Below are positions 1-8,044 of a stretch of 10,168 bases of DNA, in pieces (within the stretch, counting starts at the first letter, position 1; the number at the start of each line of letters is the position of its first letter). The notes beneath the pieces were generated by a model. It was given only the letters and a program-made list of their open reading frames with translations, was not told the origin of the DNA and ran no database searches. Location of the stretch: the UHGV virus genome UHGV-1558260; one strand, given 5' to 3'. Source of the DNA: a virus. A program made the position numbers and the translations under genes.

Positions 1-657
1 TATACCATCCAGCGCGATTCGCAGTGCCTGAATTGTGGTAATGCTATCGTTTGGGGCTATTCCATATCGCTCGAATACAGCGATATGACCGCGCATAATC
101 TCAGGCGTAAGCTCTTTGTAAGCATAAGCAAGAGACTCTGATGCATTATCCGGCACTACTGGCGATGGCTGTTTAGCTTCTAAATCAGCAATTCTGTCAA
201 CCACGGCATCGACAGCATCTGAAAAGCCGAACCAGTTGCTCCACTCAGGCCTATCCCCGGTTGCTGCAAAATACATATCAGCTAAAGCAGACTCAGCATG
301 GTCACGCTCGTTGATGAGTTGCTCTTCGCTTTTCTCCAGTTCAGCAATACGCTTACTTCCATCCGCGATTACTCCCTCGTAATACTCGCGTTGCTCGTTG
401 AGTTTTGATTTTGCTTCCTCAAGCTCAACACGCAGCTTCCCTACCGTTAGCGCAATATCCTCGTTCTCCTGGTCACGGCGTTTGATGTATTGCTGGTTTC
501 TTTCCCGTTCATCCAGAAGCGCCAGCACAATGTGTGGCGTTATTAAGGACTCAAATTCGGCAACAGCTTGCTCACCTCGCTTGTAATTCTTAATCCCACC
601 TAAATCTTTCGCGTTCTGTGCCGCCTCACGCAGTGCCTGGTAATTAATTTCGCTCAT
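1..657 (-). CDS. Ea22-like early protein, N-terminal 219 codons (C-terminus lies beyond window start)
   Basis: ATG at 657-655 preceded by AGGAGG; frame open to position 1 (translated by hand, no stops). Begins [21 protein letters not shown]...[49 protein letters not shown]; coiled-coil N-terminus resembles Ead/Ea22-like proteins of lambdoid phages as I recall them. Absent from the ORF track because it has no stop in the window. Confidence 0.6.
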   Translation of the reverse strand, partial: MSEINYQALREAAQNAKDLGGIKNYKRGEQAVAEFESLITPHIVLALLDERERNQQYIKRRDQENEDIALTVGKLRVELEEAKSKLNEQREYYEGVIADGSKRIAELEKSEEQLINERDHAESALADMYFAATGDRPEWSNWFGFSDAVDAVVDRIADLEAKQPSPVVPDNASESLAYAYKELTPEIMRGHIAVFERYGIAPNDSITTIQALRIALDGI

Positions 658-837
658 TGGTTGCCTCCTTTGCGCAACATCGCATTCAGATATTTGTTGT
701 CATTAACAGAACCGAAACTCTTTCTCTTAAGCAATTCCTCTCTCGATGGCATTGGCTTTACGCGTTGGCGAATAATCATTTCTGCAGGAAGAATGCCGGG
801 GTTGTATGCAAGTCATCTCATGGTAAATTCCTCTTTG

Positions 838-1164
838 TTAATTTATTCGTATGCCTGCTCTTTCTTCATCGAGTTTTTTTAGCTTGTATCGCATAGCTCT
901 TACTGAATAAATTGAGCGGCAGGTTGCAATTGCTATTTCTTCTGCGGAGAACTTACCGAAAAGTGATACTTCGGCTCTTGTCCATCGTCTTCCACGAAGT
1001 CGGCTAACAATGTCAGCGCCAATCCTTGTTGCTTTCGCCATTACTGCTTTTTCAGTCCTTTCCAGTTTTTCAGCGATAACTTCAACTGGCATTGTCGCCG
1101 CTACTTCGCGCAAGAAATCGACTTCCCATTTCTCCCATGGAGTCTTTTTCATAGGCGATACCAT
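838..1164 (-). CDS. hypothetical phage protein (108 aa)
   Basis: ORF-track ORF; its start overlaps the stop of the upstream gene (ATG at 1164-1162, TAA at 1166-1164). No clear SD; an alternative ATG lies at 1152. No recognisable family. Confidence 0.5.
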   Translation of the reverse strand: MVSPMKKTPWEKWEVDFLREVAATMPVEVIAEKLERTEKAVMAKATRIGADIVSRLRGRRWTRAEVSLFGKFSAEEIAIATCRSIYSVRAMRYKLKKLDEERAGIRIN

Positions 1165-1646
1165 TATTTGATAAGAAGTGAAGGTTTCCCAACCTTGAGT
1201 TGAGCGCCTGGGATATTTATTCCTGCTTTTAGTTGGTGCTTGATTGCCAACTTGTCGGCTTTAATTGTCGTTTCAAACTCAACGTATTCAGGAGGAAGGG
1301 CGCTTGAGTCGATGATTTCTACGGTTTCTGACGGTTTGCGGATTGTTACCTGGTGAATACCTGCTCGAATCTTTTTCTTGCCAACCATTTCAAGCGATGA
1401 CGCTATATATGATTTGATGCTGTCAATCTTATTTTGAATTACTGCTGCTCGTTCATTCAGTGACTTCGCCTCGTCCTTGAGGCGTTCAGCATAACCAGAT
1501 TCATTTTTAATAATGGCAAGAAGTTGCTCTATTTTATCGGTAAATTCTCCTTCCATGCCTTCTATTGTGTCAGCAATCATCTCTGGCTCTAAATCTGAAT
1601 CCATCAATTTTGCGTATTCATTGGCAATTTCATACAGTTTGCTCAC
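1164..1646 (-). CDS. Gp157-like phage protein (RecT-associated)
   Basis: ORF-track ORF 1164..1652 begins at a TTG with no spacer; GTG at 1646-1644 has GGAGG 6 nt upstream and is the likelier start. Coiled-coil-rich 160 aa protein; sits directly beside RecT as Gp157-family genes commonly do. Family assignment is from memory. Confidence 0.55.
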   Translation of the reverse strand: MSKLYEIANEYAKLMDSDLEPEMIADTIEGMEGEFTDKIEQLLAIIKNESGYAERLKDEAKSLNERAAVIQNKIDSIKSYIASSLEMVGKKKIRAGIHQVTIRKPSETVEIIDSSALPPEYVEFETTIKADKLAIKHQLKAGINIPGAQLKVGKPSLLIK

Positions 1647-2541
1647 TGGCAACCTCCAGTTTCGCTTTGCATTCTGCGTAAATGGCTTGTACGTTTTGCT
1701 GCAATTTCATTCCAGATGTCAGGCGATATGCTTCTGCAAAATATCTCTTCAAATCATCCATGTTTTCAGCCTGAGCCATTTCATCACAAAGAAGTTGTGC
1801 TTTATCCGTTATTTCCTGCTGGCGTTTCCGTTCATCTTCGCGGATATCTTCCTCTGATTTGTGCGGCATAACTGGTTCAGTCCATACACCTTCTTCTTCG
1901 TTTAGTACGTGAATAGCACTATCAAGACGTGATGCCTTAGGCCAATACTTGCTTGCACGCTTTACGACCGTCTTTCGCGCCATCTCATTCCAGTGATTTA
2001 CCCATGGTCCTTTATCGCTGAATGCCGCCTTGCTTGTTTTCCTTACAGCCTCAATTTCAGCCAGACTCATCTCTTCCGTTAGATAATCACCTGCTGGCGT
2101 CTTAACTGTGCAGTAAACACCAACGATATCGCCACGATCACCGAAGGCGTTGTATTTATGGGTTGGTGCTTTATCAAGTCCGTTTGACTCATAAGTATCG
2201 TTAGCATGAACAAGCTTTGCCTGACCCCATGAGATAACACCAGACTCCATTGCAATATGTAGCAATCCCATATAGCTGATATCAAGGCAAACCATGCCGT
2301 CGCGCGGAACCAGATAAGCCAGTTTGCTAGCCGGGTTTAAGGTGATACCGATCGCCGCAACATTGATGATGGCGTTCTGTGCGCTGGTTGGATTTGCCAG
2401 TGCCGTTTTAGCCAGGTAATCATTTTTCTGGAAATACTGAATTGCAAACTGGCTTTCCTTAGCCCATGTCACCGTCTGTTCAGTCAATGCTCCGCAGAAT
2501 AACTGCTCTTGCTGTTTAACGAATTCAACGATATTGCTCAT
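1630..2541 (-). CDS. recT: RecT-family single-strand annealing recombinase
   Basis: 303 aa; motif GPWVNHWNEMARKTVVKRASKYWP matches the conserved RecT motif (Rac RecT GPWVTHWEEMAKKTAIRRLFKYLP); GGAGAAG SD upstream of the ATG; ATGA overlap with the upstream gene. Confidence 0.85.
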   Translation of the reverse strand: MSNIVEFVKQQEQLFCGALTEQTVTWAKESQFAIQYFQKNDYLAKTALANPTSAQNAIINVAAIGITLNPASKLAYLVPRDGMVCLDISYMGLLHIAMESGVISWGQAKLVHANDTYESNGLDKAPTHKYNAFGDRGDIVGVYCTVKTPAGDYLTEEMSLAEIEAVRKTSKAAFSDKGPWVNHWNEMARKTVVKRASKYWPKASRLDSAIHVLNEEEGVWTEPVMPHKSEEDIREDERKRQQEITDKAQLLCDEMAQAENMDDLKRYFAEAYRLTSGMKLQQNVQAIYAECKAKLEVASEQTV

Positions 2542-2849
2542 GCTGCTTCTCCAAAAATGTGTCTGCGTTTGAATATTGCGAAGGCATATTCAGCCTTAAC
2601 TCTTTCGGTCATTGCATCCCAGAACCATTCAGCGGCTTTTTCCTGATAGTTACAGTCATCATCTTCCAGCCAGTCGATAGCGTCCTTAGTGTGTTCATCT
2701 GGTTTATATGAGCGAAGCATTTCGCTTATTGGGTCGCAACGTTTGCAGAGGCGATCAACTTCACTGTTGATTCGTTCGTAATCTTCATCAGTAAAACTTG
2801 CGATTATTTGCGATATTTCACGCTTATCATTCAGAGTCAGAATCATCAT
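2538..2849 (-). CDS. hypothetical protein (103 aa), in the position lambda gam occupies
   Basis: ORF-track ORF; tandem ATGATG start with AGGAGA SD; ATGA-coupled to recT. Acidic protein; does not resemble lambda Gam from memory. Confidence 0.55.
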   Translation of the reverse strand: MMILTLNDKREISQIIASFTDEDYERINSEVDRLCKRCDPISEMLRSYKPDEHTKDAIDWLEDDDCNYQEKAAEWFWDAMTERVKAEYAFAIFKRRHIFGEAA

Positions 2850-2934
2850 CTTTCTCCTGTTCTTTGTGCTGATTGAGCATTTTGTTCATCTGACGAATGA
2901 ATTCTTCGTCTGACCAGTTATCTGTAAAACTCAT
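2827..2934 (-). CDS. small acidic ORF (35 aa), speculative
   Basis: ATG at 2934-2932 overlaps the Kil-like stop (ATGA); encodes MSFTDNWSDEEFIRQMNKMLNQHKEQEKDDDSDSE. Too short for the ORF track; overlaps the start of the 103-aa gene. Confidence 0.25.
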   Translation of the reverse strand: MSFTDNWSDEEFIRQMNKMLNQHKEQEKDDDSDSE

Positions 2935-3083
2935 TTCCTGCGATACCACGGAAGGTTGATAGCTGATTTCATCGCTTTATTTGCTTCAAGCCACATTTTT
3001 GAATCACCAATAAATCTGGCTATTACTGCTTTGTTTTGTGCTGCACGAAGCATCTGGTGATTGATGGCTATTTCATTGCGCAT
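2931..3083 (-). CDS. kil: Kil-like host cell-division inhibitor (50 aa)
   Basis: Hand-translated MRNEIAINHQMLRAAQNKAVIARFIGDSKMWLEANKAMKSAINLPWYRRK; the FIGD.KM segment and position directly after cIII match lambda Kil as I recall it; GAGG SD 6 nt upstream. Confidence 0.55.
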   Translation of the reverse strand: MRNEIAINHQMLRAAQNKAVIARFIGDSKMWLEANKAMKSAINLPWYRRK

Positions 3084-3199
3084 AATAAGACCTCAACTCT
3101 TTTCCATCCGTCACGTAATTTACGGGTGATTCGTTCAAGTAAAGATTCATTTAGTTGGAAGGCACCCATGCGAGCGCCTCCCGCGATTGCGTAAATCAT
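3068..3199 (-). CDS. cIII: cIII-like protein (FtsH inhibitor, 43 aa)
   Basis: Hand-translated MIYAIAGGARMGAFQLNESLLERITRKLRDGWKRVEVLLCAMK; the core ESLLERITRKLRDGWKR matches lambda CIII; AAGGAA SD upstream. Confidence 0.75.
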   Translation of the reverse strand: MIYAIAGGARMGAFQLNESLLERITRKLRDGWKRVEVLLCAMK

Positions 3200-3223
3200 G
3201 GGTGGTTCCTTATGTTGGTTTTA

Positions 3224-4192
3224 TTAGTAGGTTATTTTTGTTGCGAATACTTCGCCTTTTACGATGGCTGTTATGATATTTTTAGCAACATCTTCTGATG
3301 CGCCAACCTTGATAAGGTCAGCAAGTATTTTGTTATTTACTTCTTTCCGGTGAGCTTTATCCTTTGCTCTACGCTCTTCTTCGTCCTTGATTCTTTTTTC
3401 TTCTGCTATTCTGGCTTGCTCTTTTGCTTCAGCCTCGCGACGGATTCGTTCAGCCTCCTCCTGTGCTTTTCTGCGTTCTGCTTCAATTGCTGCCTGCTTT
3501 TCTCTTTCAGCTCGTTCTGCTTCCTCTTTTGCTTCGCGCTGTGCTCGTTGCTCGGCTTCAATGCGCTCACGCTCTGCACGCTCCGCTGCGGCCTTAGCTT
3601 CTGCTTCTCGCCTTGCTGCTGCTTCAATTTCGGCTTTTGCCTTTGCTTCGGCTTCTGCTCTGGCTTTCTCTTCAGCTTCTCTTTTTAAGCGTTCTTCATG
3701 CTCTCGCTTTTCCTGCTCCGCTTTGAGTCTTGCCTCTTCTCTTTGGCGGTCAAATTCGCGATCCATCAAAATCGCTATTTCATGGTCAGACTCAATTTGC
3801 TTTGCGAGAGCTTCAGCTGCTGCCTTAGCTTCTTCTTCGGCTTTAATCCGTGCCTGTTCCTCCTCATAATCAGTAAGAGGCTGGCGAGCCTTGGCTTTCA
3901 GTTCATCAAGGCGATCGCGCACTGTCTTGCGGTTGGCATCAATTAGCTTTGGAATTTCCTTCAGTTCAGCAACAAGGTCTTTGCCAAGACCATCGAGATA
4001 TGTTTTCGTCTGCGCAACTTTATACGCCAGAGAAGCGATCTCCTTTCTGCCCTTTGCCGTTGTGATATCAGGCACAAAGGACATAACTTCACGTTCAACC
4101 TTTTGGAGAATTTCTTCAATCTGGTCTGCAGACTGAAATACAGTCATTGCATTTGCTTTTTCAATAACAACTAAGTCTGTTACTTCACTCAT
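3224..4192 (-). CDS. highly charged E/R/K/A-rich coiled-coil protein (322 aa; TolA-domain-II-like central helix)
   Basis: ORF-track ORF 3224..4246 trimmed to the ATG at 4192-4190, which has GGAGG 4 nt upstream. About 170 central residues are EAEAKAKAEIEAAARREAEAKAAAERAERERIEAEQRAQREAKEEAERAEREKQ-type repeats between globular N- and C-terminal segments. Confidence 0.7.
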   Translation of the reverse strand: MSEVTDLVVIEKANAMTVFQSADQIEEILQKVEREVMSFVPDITTAKGRKEIASLAYKVAQTKTYLDGLGKDLVAELKEIPKLIDANRKTVRDRLDELKAKARQPLTDYEEEQARIKAEEEAKAAAEALAKQIESDHEIAILMDREFDRQREEARLKAEQEKREHEERLKREAEEKARAEAEAKAKAEIEAAARREAEAKAAAERAERERIEAEQRAQREAKEEAERAEREKQAAIEAERRKAQEEAERIRREAEAKEQARIAEEKRIKDEEERRAKDKAHRKEVNNKILADLIKVGASEDVAKNIITAIVKGEVFATKITY

Positions 4193-4204
4193 ATATCCTC
4201 CATC

Positions 4205-4233
4205 AAAAAAATTGCCCTCACACTGGAGGGCAA
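4205..4233 (-). terminator. intrinsic terminator (8-bp GC-rich stem, 7-U tail) 13 bp upstream of the coiled-coil gene
   Basis: Plus strand has A7 at 4205-4211 then ttgccctc-acactg-gagggcaa (4212-4233); on the minus strand this reads hairpin followed by TTTTTTT. Confidence 0.6.
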
Positions 4234-4324
4234 AGAAGATTTCCAATAATCAGAACAAGTCGGCTCCTGTTTAGTTACGAGCGACATTGCTCACATAGCA
4301 GACTCGTAAATCTGCTATAGGCGC

Positions 4325-4483
4325 TTATTCGCATCGCATGACAACATCAAATTTTTCGAGATTACTTTGTCGCAACAATCCTTCTTCTACTCGGTCAGCT
4401 TTTCTATAATTATCAAATTCGAAATGTTTAATTACTTCTTTTGTTTCTCGCTCTATAACTTCAACGATGTATCTCTTATTCAT
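4325..4483 (-). CDS. small hypothetical protein (52 aa)
   Basis: ATG at 4483-4481 overlaps the TAA of the 89-aa gene (TAATG); encodes MNKRYIVEVIERETKEVIKHFEFDNYRKADRVEEGLLRQSNLEKFDVVMRCE. Below the ORF-track length cutoff. Confidence 0.4.
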   Translation of the reverse strand: MNKRYIVEVIERETKEVIKHFEFDNYRKADRVEEGLLRQSNLEKFDVVMRCE

Positions 4484-4752
4484 TACTCATCACCTAGGGC
4501 TTTTTTGATAGCTTCGCGAGCCTTATTAACAGCTCCATACCATTCTGGATATGTTGTCGTTGTTCTATTTTCGGCTTGCTTAAGTAATAACTGAAGTGCT
4601 TCAAGTAAATCCGGTGCAGCCATAGCCAACCTTCCATTTGCTACGGCCTCTTCTGTTTCTTTACCGGATAGGGCCATTCCCGGGTGTGAAAATAAAATTA
4701 AGCCTGCAAATTGGCTTCTCGCCAATTTTTTCCTAGTACCTTTAAATTCCAT
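4483..4752 (-). CDS. hypothetical protein (89 aa)
   Basis: ORF-track ORF; AGAGG SD about 7 nt upstream of the ATG; lies immediately downstream of the 4773-4798 hairpin. Confidence 0.55.
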   Translation of the reverse strand: MEFKGTRKKLARSQFAGLILFSHPGMALSGKETEEAVANGRLAMAAPDLLEALQLLLKQAENRTTTTYPEWYGAVNKAREAIKKALGDE

Positions 4753-4772
4753 GTTAGCCTCTGTTGTTTATG

Positions 4773-4798
4773 CCAAAAGAAGGCCGACTATGCGGCCT
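4773..4798 (-). terminator. tL1-like intrinsic terminator
   Basis: aggccg-actatg-cggcct hairpin at 4781-4798; on the minus strand it is followed by TCTTTTGG (plus 4773-4780). Confidence 0.45.
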
Positions 4799-4839
4799 GT
4801 GATGTTAGATTTACTTTCATTTTTGAACGGCAGCTACAA

Positions 4840-5103
4840 TTATGATGGAATGTACAAAACCACTTTCCAGTTCATAGAAGTGGATGATGGCATAAAATAA
4901 TCCCACGACTCGTTAGCTACTAACTCTTTATTAACTGTGGTGGCAGCAATTTCGGCACCACCTTTATTATTAAAAATGTCGTTCGAATACTGACATTTTC
5001 CATCTGCATGCACATATAAAATATCATATGTCTCTGTATCGTAATCACCACTTATGTCTCTGATAACAATTCCTGGCTTCAATGATTTAATTTTCTTGTC
5101 CAT
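4840..5103 (-). CDS. hypothetical protein (87 aa), translationally coupled to N
   Basis: ATG at 5103-5101 lies 8 nt after the N stop with a GAGGTGA SD overlapping that stop; coding sequence is visibly AT-rich. No recognisable family. Confidence 0.55.
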   Translation of the reverse strand: MDKKIKSLKPGIVIRDISGDYDTETYDILYVHADGKCQYSNDIFNNKGGAEIAATTVNKELVANESWDYFMPSSTSMNWKVVLYIPS

Positions 5104-5111
5104 ATATCACC

Positions 5112-5438
5112 TCAAATAAGTGGTTTGCAGCCTAATTTCATTTTCTGGCGACCAACACAAGTCAACCCCATTTCACTACGTGGCTTGCTGTACCATGTGC
5201 GCTGATTCTTGCGCTCAATACGTTGCAGGTTGCTTTCAATCTGTTCGTGGTATTCAGCCAGCACTGTAAGGTCTATCGGATTCAGTGCGCTTTCTACTCG
5301 TGATTTCGGTTTGCGATTCAGCGAGAGAATAGGGCGGTTAACTGGTTTTGCGCTTACCCCAACCAACAGGGGATTTGCTGCTTTCCATTGAGCCTGTTTC
5401 TCTGCGCGACGTTCGCGGCGGCGTGTTTGTGCATCCAT
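5112..5438 (-). CDS. N: antitermination protein N (lambda-like)
   Basis: From the ATG at 5438-5436 the protein reads MDAQTRRRERRAEKQAQWKAANPLLVGVSAKPVNRPILSLNRKPKSRVESALNPIDLTVLAEYH..., matching lambda N; the C-terminal ~25 aa differ. The ORF-track entry 5112..5516 is an upstream extension into the leader. Confidence 0.9.
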   Translation of the reverse strand: MDAQTRRRERRAEKQAQWKAANPLLVGVSAKPVNRPILSLNRKPKSRVESALNPIDLTVLAEYHEQIESNLQRIERKNQRTWYSKPRSEMGLTCVGRQKMKLGCKPLI

Positions 5439-5596
5439 CTGGATTCTCCTGTCAGTTAGCTTTGGTTGTGTGTGGGAGTCGTAGTCCTGAACGAAAACAC
5501 CCCGCGATTGGCACATTGGCAGCTAATCCGGATTCGCACTTCCGGCCAATGCTTCGTTTCGTATCACACACACCAAAGCCTTCTGCTTTGAATGCT

Positions 5597-5627
5597 ACCC
5601 TTCTTCAGGGCTTAATTTTTAAGAGCG
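5597..5627 (-). promoter_or_regulatory. nutL: nutL (boxA CGCTCTTAAAAATTAA and boxB GCCCTGAAGAAGGGT hairpin)
   Basis: Reverse complement of 5597-5627 gives the lambda nutL boxA and boxB elements; boxB closes with a G-U pair where I recall lambda having G-C. Confidence 0.85.
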
Positions 5628-5666
5628 TCACCTTCATGGTGGTCAGTGCGTCCTGCTGATGTGCTT

Positions 5667-5729
5667 AGTATCACCGCCAGTGGTATTTATGTCAACACCG
5701 CCAGAGATAATTTATCACCGCAGATGGTT
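5667..5729 (-). promoter_or_regulatory. pL promoter with operators OL1, OL2, OL3
   Basis: TATCACCGCCAGTGGTA (5669-5685), CAACACCGCCAGAGATA (5693-5709), TATCACCGCAGATGGTT (5713-5729); minus-strand -35 TTGACA and -10 GATACT with 17-bp spacing. Confidence 0.9.
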
Positions 5730-5879
5730 ATCTGTATGTTTTTTATATAGATTTATTTTTTGCAGGGTTGTGTGGATTGGGAAGGTGATCGAGAGATCTG
5801 AATTGCGATGTTTAGTGAGTTGTATCTATTAATTTTGAAATAAATACAATTGGTTATGCGTTTTTTGGGGGCGTTAGGC

Positions 5880-5905
5880 AAAGAAAACCCGGCGCAGATG
5901 CCGGG
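5880..5905 (-). terminator. intrinsic terminator downstream of the 301-aa gene
   Basis: cccggc-gcagat-gccggg hairpin at 5888-5905; minus strand then reads TTTTCTTT (plus 5880-5887). Sits about 13 bp past the stop at 5918. Confidence 0.6.
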
Positions 5906-5917
5906 TTGTGGTGGAGA

Positions 5918-6823
5918 TCAATGCTTATTTGGGAGTGCTGGTTTTTTTATCGACTCTAATAGCTCGGAGGCGTTACTAATCTTTTTGTTCCCAAGGTAAT
6001 TTGGCAGTTTTTCCATTGCGTAATTATCGTGTAGCCATTTTCTGAACACGCCAAGTGCCTCAATAGGATAAATCCAAGCTGTTATATGCTTATTTGCAGC
6101 TGACTGCCTGTAATTTTCGGGGAATAAATGTGGGTACTGCACCCTTTCCCCGAATTTCTCAGATAGCCCATTAGCTGTCCAATACTTTCCCCAGTGAATT
6201 CCAACACTTCCATCCAAAGATGTGGTGTCATCCATTGGGAATCCTCCTCCGATCAGGTTCATGGCAATGTCAGCTATCTCTCTGAATACTGCAAAATGAG
6301 TTGTCGGTATCTGATCGTTTAGCTTAATCCTTGCTCTATAGTTCTCGAATGAGATATCTATTGAAGCATTTGGGTTGTAATTTGACTTTTCATAAATCAT
6401 TCGCTTAAGCGTGTACTCAGCCAAGCGAACAAAATTACCTATTGCGACTGACCTATCAAAATTGGTGGCATCTAGAGCGTAGTAACGGAGGATAGCCATG
6501 CAAACATAGTCAGGATAAGCATGAGTTTCCACGTTTGAGCTATTTAAAACGCGAGTGTATAGCTTTTCGACGTTATGAAACCCTTTCTCAGCTAAATACG
6601 CAGCTACTTTTTGACCTCTGGGTTTGTTTTTCTCTGTGTTCCAGTTTGATGTGAACACCCTCAGTGGCGTGTCATCAATGCCGCATAACTTTGCGAGACC
6701 GTAGAGAGTTAGGTAAGGAGTTCCATCATTGAGAACGCCCATAGGAATATCATCAGAAACAACCTCTACTACAGGGAAAAGCTGCATTTGATGCAGGGAT
6801 TCGCTATTGCTGTTAATCGACAT
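5918..6823 (-). CDS. hypothetical protein (301 aa) in the cI-to-pL interval (rexAB position); candidate exclusion/defence gene
   Basis: ORF-track ORF; AAGGAA upstream of the ATG; 86-bp spacer after the cI stop; AT-rich relative to cI. Does not resemble RexA or RexB as I recall them; no family recognised by eye. Confidence 0.7.
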   Translation of the reverse strand: MSINSNSESLHQMQLFPVVEVVSDDIPMGVLNDGTPYLTLYGLAKLCGIDDTPLRVFTSNWNTEKNKPRGQKVAAYLAEKGFHNVEKLYTRVLNSSNVETHAYPDYVCMAILRYYALDATNFDRSVAIGNFVRLAEYTLKRMIYEKSNYNPNASIDISFENYRARIKLNDQIPTTHFAVFREIADIAMNLIGGGFPMDDTTSLDGSVGIHWGKYWTANGLSEKFGERVQYPHLFPENYRQSAANKHITAWIYPIEALGVFRKWLHDNYAMEKLPNYLGNKKISNASELLESIKKPALPNKH

Positions 6824-6909
6824 ATCTTAATGATTTCCTTATTTTTATTGTAGGGATCTTCTTTTTTATTTCCTACATCTAGATGCGTATAAAGTCTCTT
6901 GCTGCGGAC

Positions 6910-7625
<716 letters not shown>

Positions 7626-7636
7626 ACGTTAAATCT

Positions 7637-7700
7637 ATCACCGCAAGGGATAAATATCTAACACCGTGCGTGTTGACTATTTTACCTCTAGCGGTGATAA
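7637..7700. promoter_or_regulatory. OR3, OR2, OR1 operators with divergent pRM and pR promoters
   Basis: TATCACCGCAAGGGATA (7637-7653), TAACACCGTGCGTGTTG (7659-7675), TACCTCTAGCGGTGATA (7683-7699); pR -35 TTGACT and -10 GATAAT; cro SD TAAGGAGG follows. Confidence 0.9.
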
Positions 7701-7716
7701 TGGTTGCATGTACTAA

Positions 7717-7926
<210 letters not shown>

Positions 7927-7933
7927 ATAACCC

Positions 7934-7965
7934 CGCTCTTACACATTCCAGCCCTGAAAAAGGGC
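7934..7965 (+). promoter_or_regulatory. nutR: nutR (boxA CGCTCTTA, boxB GCCCTGAAAAAGGGC)
   Basis: boxA at 7934-7941 and the boxB hairpin at 7951-7965, followed by the lambda-like leader that runs up to the cII start. Confidence 0.85.
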
Positions 7966-8044
7966 ATCAAATTAAACCACACCTATGGTGTATGCATTTA
8001 TTTGCATACATTCAATCAATTGTTATCTAAGGAAATACTTACAT

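Noticed and set aside
398-896. Plus-strand ORFs 398..586, 657..896, 661..882
   Set aside because: Antisense to the Ea22-like gene or within the 661-837 intergenic spacer; no SD and hydrophobic low-complexity products.
1646-1652. TTG start at 1652 for the Gp157-like ORF
   Set aside because: No spacer between the GGAGG and that codon; the GTG at 1646 has a 6-nt spacer and is the likelier start.
2079-2285. 68-aa minus-strand ORF nested in recT
   Set aside because: Alternate frame fully inside a well-supported gene; no start context.
3350-3946. Plus-strand ORFs (3350..3688, 3387..3869, 3698..3946) and minus-strand 3406..3627 in the ORF track
   Set aside because: They lie inside or antisense to the 322-aa coiled-coil gene, where repetitive GC-skewed codons keep several frames open; the translations are low-complexity S/A/F/C/L strings with no start context.
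5439-5516. N-terminal extension of the N ORF in the track (MCQSRGVFVQDYDSHTQPKLTDRRIQ...)
   Set aside because: The N protein starts at the internal ATG (5438-5436) encoding MDAQTRRRERR; the extension runs into the pL leader toward nutL.
5209-5659. Plus-strand ORFs 5209..5391 and 5348..5659
   Set aside because: Antisense to N and its nutL leader.
7985-8044. Upstream extension of the cII ORF in the track (MVYAFICIHSINCYLRKYLH...)
   Set aside because: This is the nutR/tR1 leader, which matches lambda; the AAGGAA SD places the start at 8045.
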